Positions 56,630-64,000 of a DNA stretch of 64,000 nt are shown here, one piece after another. The notes below the pieces were generated by a model. The model did not search any database. It was given only the letters and a program-made list of their open reading frames with translations, and was not told where the DNA came from. A program made the translations under genes and the position numbers. The stretch's first letter is position 1. Each line of letters opens with the position of its first letter. The stretch is from Ministeria vibrans ATCC 50519 (lineage: Eukaryota; Protista; Filasterea): contig CALSCP010000774.1 in assembly GCA_943704425.1 (NCBI GenBank), positions 1-64,000 of the forward strand, read 5' to 3'.

Positions 56630-57861
56630 CAACAACCACAACATTATCAGCAGCAGCAGTAGCGGTGGCAAGAGCGCTTTGGTGGACACCAGCGCCGACT
56701 CAAGCAAGACGATACAACCATTGGCAGCAGCGTCTTCTGTGTCGTTAGCGCACGACAGTGGTGCACTTGCGGCCCAACGCGAGGCAGACTGGGACTTGAA
56801 CGAGTCAGACCAAGAGGGACGTGCCGGCACACCAACCAAATCAGTGTCTGACAGCACTTCGGATCGTGGATCGCTCAGTGGCTGGACCAACGTGACCGTC
56901 CACCAGTCTCAGCTTCAAGAGCAACTTCAGCACTCCTCGTCGTCCCTCTCCGTCGCCCCGCAGCTCACCACCACCACCACCACCACCACCACACCGTCGT
57001 CGTCCTCCCCAAATCTAACATCTGAGCAACCAAGCACCGCCGTTGACACGGAACTCCGCACAACGCCACTCTCAGCGCACCCCAAGACACCCCCTCGCCC
57101 CGTCTCTCCTTCGCCCTCCGCCCACTCCTCAACCTCACACAACACACCAACAAGGAATTGGCATCGCTTTGTGGTTGCACACTTTGACGCAAAGGTCACC
57201 TGTGCCTACTGCGACAGCAAACTGTGGACCTTCAAAGGTCTTAAGTGCGGTAAGAGAAACGAAAGCAGGAAAAAGAAAGATGCATTTTTAATGTCCCGAT
57301 TATTAAAATGAGCAGAGTCGTGTGGGTTCATTTGCCACCAAAAGTGTGTTCGCGAGTGTCTGCGCGAGCACGCATGCCAGGGTCCACGACGCGCCTTTGG
57401 CGACAACTCCGCCGCGTGTCCTGTCGTGCCGATCAAGGAACTCTTTGGCGATGCAAAACTACCCACACTCGTAGTGGATTCGGGAGCGTAAAGAGATTAA
57501 TAATAATAATAATAGTAGTAATAATAATAATAGATTCTCATACTTACATTATTTTAGTGATCTTGGAGCCGACATTGAGAGCAACTTTTTTGCCGATCTA
57601 CCGGTGGAGCGGCGACGACAAAAGATGACAGAGAAGATTACTGAGTTGCAGGACGAGCTGGATTTGGTTGCATCGGCGCACAGTGAGCTGCAGACACTGC
57701 TGCACCTGCGCGCCGAGGACTCGTATCAGCGCCGCCGACTGCAGGAGCAAGTGGACACGTACGGCAAGTCGATGGTCGAGCGCACTGAGGAACTTCTTGC
57801 GTACTGCGCCGCTCTTACACGATTGCCCGAGGCTAGCCCTCCGTCCGAAAAGAAGACGTAA
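54925..57861 (+). CDS. PDZD8: PDZD8-like SMP-domain ER tether (TM-SMP-C2-C1-coiled coil), no PDZ domain detected
   Basis: N-terminal TM; ETCAWLN..FHQLRDSPQVRKW..KMEAECDEML; KHTIPNFK; C2 GSLRVDVIE; C1 HRF..CAYCDSKLW..KGLKC|ESCGFICHQKC; C-terminal coiled coil. Confidence 0.82.
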
Positions 57862-58318
57862 AAAAAGTAATCCATGTAATAAAAGTAAAGTATCTGTATA
57901 AATAATGATAATAATAAATTAATGGAGAACCGGAGAATTTCTCCGAAAAACTCCGTGGCAGCGTGGTGTCACTAAGCCTCTACTCCGTAGAGACGTATAT
58001 GCACACAGACCACGCGACGTATACTCATATTTGGTACTGAGTAAACACTTCTAACAGCAAGACTTTGTAGTCGGTATAACTTCTCAGGCGTAAGAAAGAG
58101 ATACAGTGGCCAGCAGTGTTTCAGTTTTACAAATTACAAGAGTGAAAATATGTGTAAAAGGCAAAAGACGAGGTGGAGAGAGACAGAGAGAGAGACAGAG
58201 ACAGAGACAGAGACAAAGAGAGATGAAGGAAAATTGAAGAACAAAGAATATTCAATATATTTTAGGGTCTTATGAAAATACTTTAAAGGGCTTATAATAA
58301 TATAAAATTATTACTATT

Positions 58319-58387
58319 GGCGGTCTGGCTGTGTCTTGTGTGGTGACTGTATCATTAATAAATGGGTTGTATTATTATTCTTCTAAT
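58319..58387 (+). repeat. dispersed ~67-bp repeat, copy B
   Basis: Near-identical to 43-109, differing by a few substitutions and small indels. Confidence 0.85.
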
Positions 58388-58446
58388 AACAATTATCATT
58401 ATTAATTACATAATTACATTGGGCATCTCCTCGCTGCACCCCCGTC

Positions 58447-59377
58447 TCACTCAGTCTTTGCTTGCATGCGAGGTGGAGAAGTAACAGGAGCGAGTTCTCC
58501 GTCTGTCTCCACCAGTGGCAACTGAGCGAGTGTGTTACACCACAGTGCGCGTTCCGAGTCGCTCACTGCGTCGCCTCCCTACACTCATTTTGTGTGCCAG
58601 AGAGGGAACAATAATGATTATTATAACAAGGGCGCTTGCCTCCCCTCCCCCCTTTTTTTATTTTATGCTTTCGTCTACCTTCTGGGTGCCACGTTTTGCG
58701 TATGAAAACACAACCATGGAATCGCGAAGGTTGACAAGGCGGAAGAGAAAGTAATCTTCACGGTCGTCTTCATCGGCCTCCAGTGCGTATTCGAATATTA
58801 CATCGGGCACAACCTCGTCGCTGTGGTCCAGTAGCACGCGCCAGTACTTGACGCGGGCGAGTGCCATCGCTGTGGCATGCATGGAGCGCATGTGAGCACT
58901 CACATTGACTGTGGTGTTTTCGTGCACAATTGACGAGAGCACCTCAGACCAATCCTCGGGTGTCTCTTCCACTTTCGTGTATTCCACCATCACCTGTTCG
59001 GCCTTGCGAATGAAATAACCCAGCCGCCAGACGCAATGATTAAGCCTGAAGCTCGAATGGAGCCGCGTTGCCTACAGTCAAGCTCGTACATTGATTTAAT
59101 GTGAACCCTCTCCGATGCCTACCTGCAAGAAAGGCTTCTCGCTGGACTCACCGCCGTGGTCGACGTTGGCAGCGACAACAAGATTCTTCGACCCAACCTC
59201 AAGGCAGCTTCGGGGGGACACGACAGGGGAAGATTGATGTGCACTCGTCATTGTTGTCGCGGTGTATGTGTAGGCCAAAACCCCCACCGAGGTCGCAAGA
59301 GCGCCACGAGACGCGCGCGATAGTAGCACAGGCGATAGTCTATGTGCAACGCGTCGTAAGGTAGCAATCAGTGTCAT
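58447..59377 (-). CDS. hypothetical mitochondrion-targeted protein, 3 exons
   Basis: Presequence MTLIATLRRVAHRLSPVLLSRASR; in-phase exons ...WRLGY..MVEYTKVEETPEDWSEVL...VIFEY..YFLFRLV..FSYAKR|..SERALWCNTL..KTE*. Confidence 0.7.
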
Positions 59378-59622
59378 GATGAGAACGAATGAATGTGAAG
59401 ACTGAAGTCTCAAACTGAAATAAATCTATAATAATTCATCATAAACTAAAGCGAACAACCTTATATAATATATACAAGCCTAAAAGAATCGAATAATAAA
59501 TATATAATCTCGAGCTAGCCTATGGCGGAAACATTGTATTACTCTTTGTTGTATAACATTTTCATTTTCGTGGGTAAACTTTACTTTTATACATTTGATC
59601 ATCTTTTTGTTATTACATTGAT

Positions 59623-60984
59623 TCATACGTTGTCGTTGTCGTCAGGAGGACGTGCTGCCTGTACCTTTGCAAGTTCGGCCTCTTGGTCTGCTTCGCAGGG
59701 CATTGGGGCGGCTCGACTACCATTTAGAAACGCATAGGGTTGGAGATGCATTAATACTGGATCGGTGGGCAGACGAGCAGAGGCAGCAGCGGTCGCCGCG
59801 AGTGAGGCAAGGGTTGGGCGGACGTCGAGCAAAGCCATGTCGGGGAAGTCTAGGTTGACAAAGGGAGCCGGGTTGGGCCGAGGACCCAGGATGTCTTCGT
59901 CAAAGTGACGCGAACCACCATAGACTAGGACAAAGGCGTTGTCAAGGACAAGCGATGCCGTGTGGCGACGACGCCCAAGCGGCGAATTTCCAGCAACGGT
60001 GGGAACCCTCACACGAGCCGTCTCGAGCGAGGTGTCGTCAAAGAGTAGCTCGATCACTCGATTGTAGTGTTGTTCCCTATTGACACCACCAAAGAGTAGA
60101 ACATGCAGAGGTCCTAAAGCGACAGCCGCCAGAGAGCGGCAGTGCAGCTCGTTGGGAAGATTTTCCAGAGAAGGCTGGTCCGGCCTGAGGGTCACACGAT
60201 GGAACGCTTCCGCTTCCGCCGAGTACGCCCACACGTCCGCATGAGCAAATTCGCCCAAGAACGGTCGGAAGCCTCGGCCGCCGACCACGACAAACTGTGT
60301 TGGGCTCACCCGTGCTACTCCATGATAGTCGCGACCTACCGGGAGTGACACACCTGCCCGCGTAGCCATGGGCGGCTGAGGCGACGCGAGACGCCGAAAT
60401 GTCACACACTCAGGCAGCTCACGCAAGTCACACACAAAATGCGACGAGCCCACCATCCGCCGCGCCGATTCGTATCCGCCAAAAATATGCATTTGTCCGT
60501 CACGCAGCACGACGGCCGAGTGTCCGTCGAGATGGGGGACGATCAATCCCAGCTCGACCGGTCGAAACCATTCGCGCGTTTGAGTGTCGAGCACAGCCAG
60601 GCCATTCCACTCCTTAGGCCCATCACGCCCCCCTAGCACCACCAAATAGTGCTTATACACAGCCATGGAGTGGCCGTACCTACAAAGCGGCGTTAGACGA
60701 GCAAAACTGTGAAATTCTCAGTGCCTTTGATGTGGAAATCCCGCTGGCAAATCGTCCGTTCGTGTCGTTGTCGGGATGTCTTCGAGCTCGCCAGTGCGAA
60801 GACACAGTGTGAATACACTCTGGTGGATCTCTCGTTGCCCATCAACGCCGGCGTAGAAGTAAATCTGCGTTTATACATTGGTTGAGCAAAACTTCATTGT
60901 TTGTAGTACCTTTTCACCCAAGACACATCCTGTATGATTAACACGGCAAGGTGCATGAACGCCAGTGAGGTGTAGCCAGCGCAT
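59623..60984 (-). CDS. KLHDC3: kelch domain-containing protein 3-like (CRL2 substrate receptor)
   Basis: MRWLHL..PCRVNHT; QR|YGHSM; DGHSA; RDYHG; RRRHT; GG kelch motifs; C-terminal BC-box-like PTLASLAA. Confidence 0.75.
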
Positions 60985-61825
60985 AAGTGGAGCAGTAAAA
61001 AGGAAAATAAATAGAAGAAGAATACATTAAAGGAAAATAAATAGAAAGTTGAGCGCTGTACTCTAGAGACCATACGCTATCAAGTCAATTTTGGAATTTT
61101 TAAATTTCCGCGATTTTGCTTCCACAGTCACTCAGTCAAATACCGGGGCACTGAAGTGTGTGTGTGTGTGTGTGTGTGTCACTCACTGAACAAAGTGCTC
61201 CATAGTGTATGTCGTTGGTCCTCGGCAAGGGTCTGCCGACCAGTAAGTCGTGTCGGTGTCGGTACACCGCTGGGTGAGCACAGTGGGGCAGGAAGTGTTC
61301 TGGGCTCTCCGTGACCAGCGGTGGTTGTTGCAGTTGTTGCTGCTGTTGGGGTTGTGGGACGGCTGCGCACGCGCAACACAGGAATGTATATTGCAACCGA
61401 CGGGACTGTTGAACCGAGCGAAGGCTGAGCTCATTATGCCTCGGTGGATACAGGTGGTGGCTGTGATGAGTGCGTTGCAACGCGGCGGCAGCAGCACCTC
61501 TGCACCTGTCCCAGACCTATCAAAAGAAGCCCATAGACACTCGGGTTCGTGACTCAGTTGTATGACGACTTTCGTGAAAAGACGGAATGGAATTTTTTGT
61601 TTTTATTTTTTTTTGGCTTCAAATCGCGCTTACAAACGTAAAAAAAAATAAAAAGGGAATTAAAAACGACGGGTCGAAACAGCGACAAAAAACAAGAATA
61701 AGGAGATCAAAAAGAAGGGAGTCGACAAAAGAGAGAAAGAAAACAAATAAGATAGAAAAGAGGAGATGTGATAGAGAATGTGGTGTGTGTGTGTTTGTGT
61801 GTGAGAGTGAAAAAAGGCGCAAGTT

Positions 61826-63116
61826 TTACACGAGACCAAAGGTCCTCAAGTTGTTGTTGAGGACCGTGTCCTTGACGGCCGAGAAGACAACCTCGACTTG
61901 GCTTGTGTCTGTTGCGCACGTCGGGTGGAAGTAGACCGCCTAGGATGCACAAGTAGACACTCAGTAGATTGACACACAAATATAAAAATAATAGTATTAT
62001 AGTTATAATTATAAGAATTATTATTATATTATTCTCATTTTTATTTTGTTACCTTCTCTTTGTTTCGTGGTTTCTTTCGGAAGAGGTCCTGGAAGAAGTT
62101 GAGTGCGTCTTCAACACTCGTCGCGTCCCCTATGAAGAAGGATACAAACATAGTTAAGTCATGTTCTGTACCAGGAAAAAAATAAAGTCATAATTATCAT
62201 TGTTTAGTACCTTCGTAGTCTGGGAAGTAGTTGACGAGCGGTGAGTTTTGGAGTTTTTCAAGAAGCAGATCTTTCTTGTTGAGGAAGAGAATCATGCTGG
62301 TCTCCTCGAACCACTGGTAGTTTACAATCGTGTCAAAGAGGTCAAGCGACTCCTCCATTCGGTTCTACAAGACAAACAAAACAAAAAAAACGACATGTCA
62401 ATCAAAAGAGAGTCCAAAACATGATTGTCTACCGTTGTGTTATCTTCAAAGAGCATTGTGTCGTAGCCCGACGTGCCCACCACAAAGAGGATTGACGTGA
62501 CCCCTTCAAAACAATGGATCCATTTCCTTCGTTCCGACCGCTGGCCGCCCACGTCGACCATGCGGAAGACGACGTTGTCTGTGTGGAACTTGTACTCGAC
62601 AATACCCGTCGTGGCCACGCGCGACCGCAAAATGTCTTGCAGCGTCGGCATGTAGTCGCCGGTCGACAGTGCTTCAATTCTCTCAAAGTAGCTGTGTTGC
62701 GAGAAAAAAAAGGGTTAAAAACGACAAACCACTTGATGAGTCCGCGTACTATTTTGCTGAATCGTTAAGCTGGAACTGGTTGCGTTGCTTATATGCTCTC
62801 TACGAATAAATCCAACAATTAATCATCTCTCCCTCTCGATCTCTTTGTGGTGGTTCGTTGGTACCTGGACTCCTGAGTCGGCCCACAAGCTCACAATGGC
62901 CTGCGAATACGGTGCTAATTCCACCTTCATGCCAGGTTGGGGTGCATACGACAAAAGCAACTCGGCAGCGGCCTACAAAATATACCAAGTTACGCAAACT
63001 CGACTCTCTGTCACTTTGTTTATCTCTCTCTATCACTTTGTTTATCTCTCTCTATCACTTTGTTTCTCCTTCCCTCTCTCTCTCTCTATCACTTTGTTTC
63101 TTTCTCCCTCCTCTCT

Positions 63117-63161
<45 letters not shown>

Positions 63162-63503
63162 CACTCTGTCTCTCTCTGCCACTCTGTCTCTCTCTGCCAC
63201 TCTGCCACTCTGTCTCTCTCTGCCACTCTGTCTCTCTCTGCCACTCTGTCTCTCTCTCGTTCTCATTCTCAATCTCTTCGTTCGGTTGCCTCGCGTTCTC
63301 TTGCTTTTTCTAACCTTGTTGGTATCCTCAATGACGCCCGGCTCTGTAACCTTCTCAACGTGCTGCACAAGTGTCTTCATGCTCTTCAGCGTGTTGTCAT
63401 AGATGATGCTGCGAAACTCCGCGCGATCTTTCTCTGTGTAGCTTTCGCCGTGAATAATACGCATTTGCTTGACAATGGTACTCTTGCCAGACTCTCCAGC
63501 GCC
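61826..63503 (-). CDS. heterotrimeric G protein alpha subunit, Gq-like (5' exons outside window)
   Basis: [19 protein letters not shown]; [15 protein letters not shown]; [20 protein letters not shown]; ILFLNKKDL; TCATDT; [14 protein letters not shown]. Confidence 0.93.
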
Positions 63504-64000
63504 TACAATAAAAATAGAGAGGTAAGTTCAAAGCGAGCTCTACAACTCCACCTCCCAAAGCAACAGAGCGCGCGCGAGCAAACAAGTCACCCAAGTGACC
63601 TTGTTCCTGCACCTCTCTCCCTCCCTCTTCCCGCTACCACCATCGCATGGCACAATGTAGAGACTCCATGCACACAGAAAGACACATCAAGCGGCACATA
63701 CTCGCAACGGCAGTCATACAAGTTTGACACAACAAAAAAAAAAAAAAAAAAANNNNNNNNNNNNNNNNNNNNNNNNNNNNNNNNNNNNNNNNNNNNNNNN
63801 NNNNNNNNNNNNNNNNNNNNNNNNNNNNNNNNATATGTCTGTGCCTCTCTCACGCTTTCTATTCCTTCTGTTAGCGCGACTGATATAAGAAGAAAAAAAA
63901 AAGATGCGAGAGAAGATCCAAGAGAGACGCTGAGAGGCTTCTGCTCGAACACACGTTGTCTCGAAACGGAGATGCAAACAGAAGGGCGAAGAACCGAAAG

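Overview
Gene-dense, intron-rich eukaryotic genomic DNA with GC-rich exons, microsatellite-filled introns and several N gaps. The gene set (AIMP2, UBE2Z, C17orf75, PDZD8, TTC19, KLHDC3, CLIP-170, UNC119, Gq-like alpha) combined with this compact architecture suggests a unicellular holozoan (choanoflagellate/filasterean-like); that assignment is inference. About 30 protein-coding genes were assembled by hand from exons, plus two apparent pseudogenes (a DUF5054-type glycoside hydrolase and an SDR). No rRNA, tRNA, CRISPR array or transposase was seen. Most notable: (1) a PIF1 helicase spliced to an RFC1-type DNA-binding BRCT module plus a SUMO-interacting motif; (2) a TBC Rab-GAP fused in one exon to a SAM-dependent methyltransferase; (3) a squid-type DFPase with its catalytic residues intact; (4) a small membrane ORF ending 18 nt upstream of, and in frame with, TTC19 (bicistronic or readthrough candidate); (5) a PDZ-less PDZD8 with an unsplit C2 domain; (6) a recurrent intronic AACAAAGTGATAG motif; (7) three GC-AG introns. 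Family assignments come from remembered motif similarity, not database searches.
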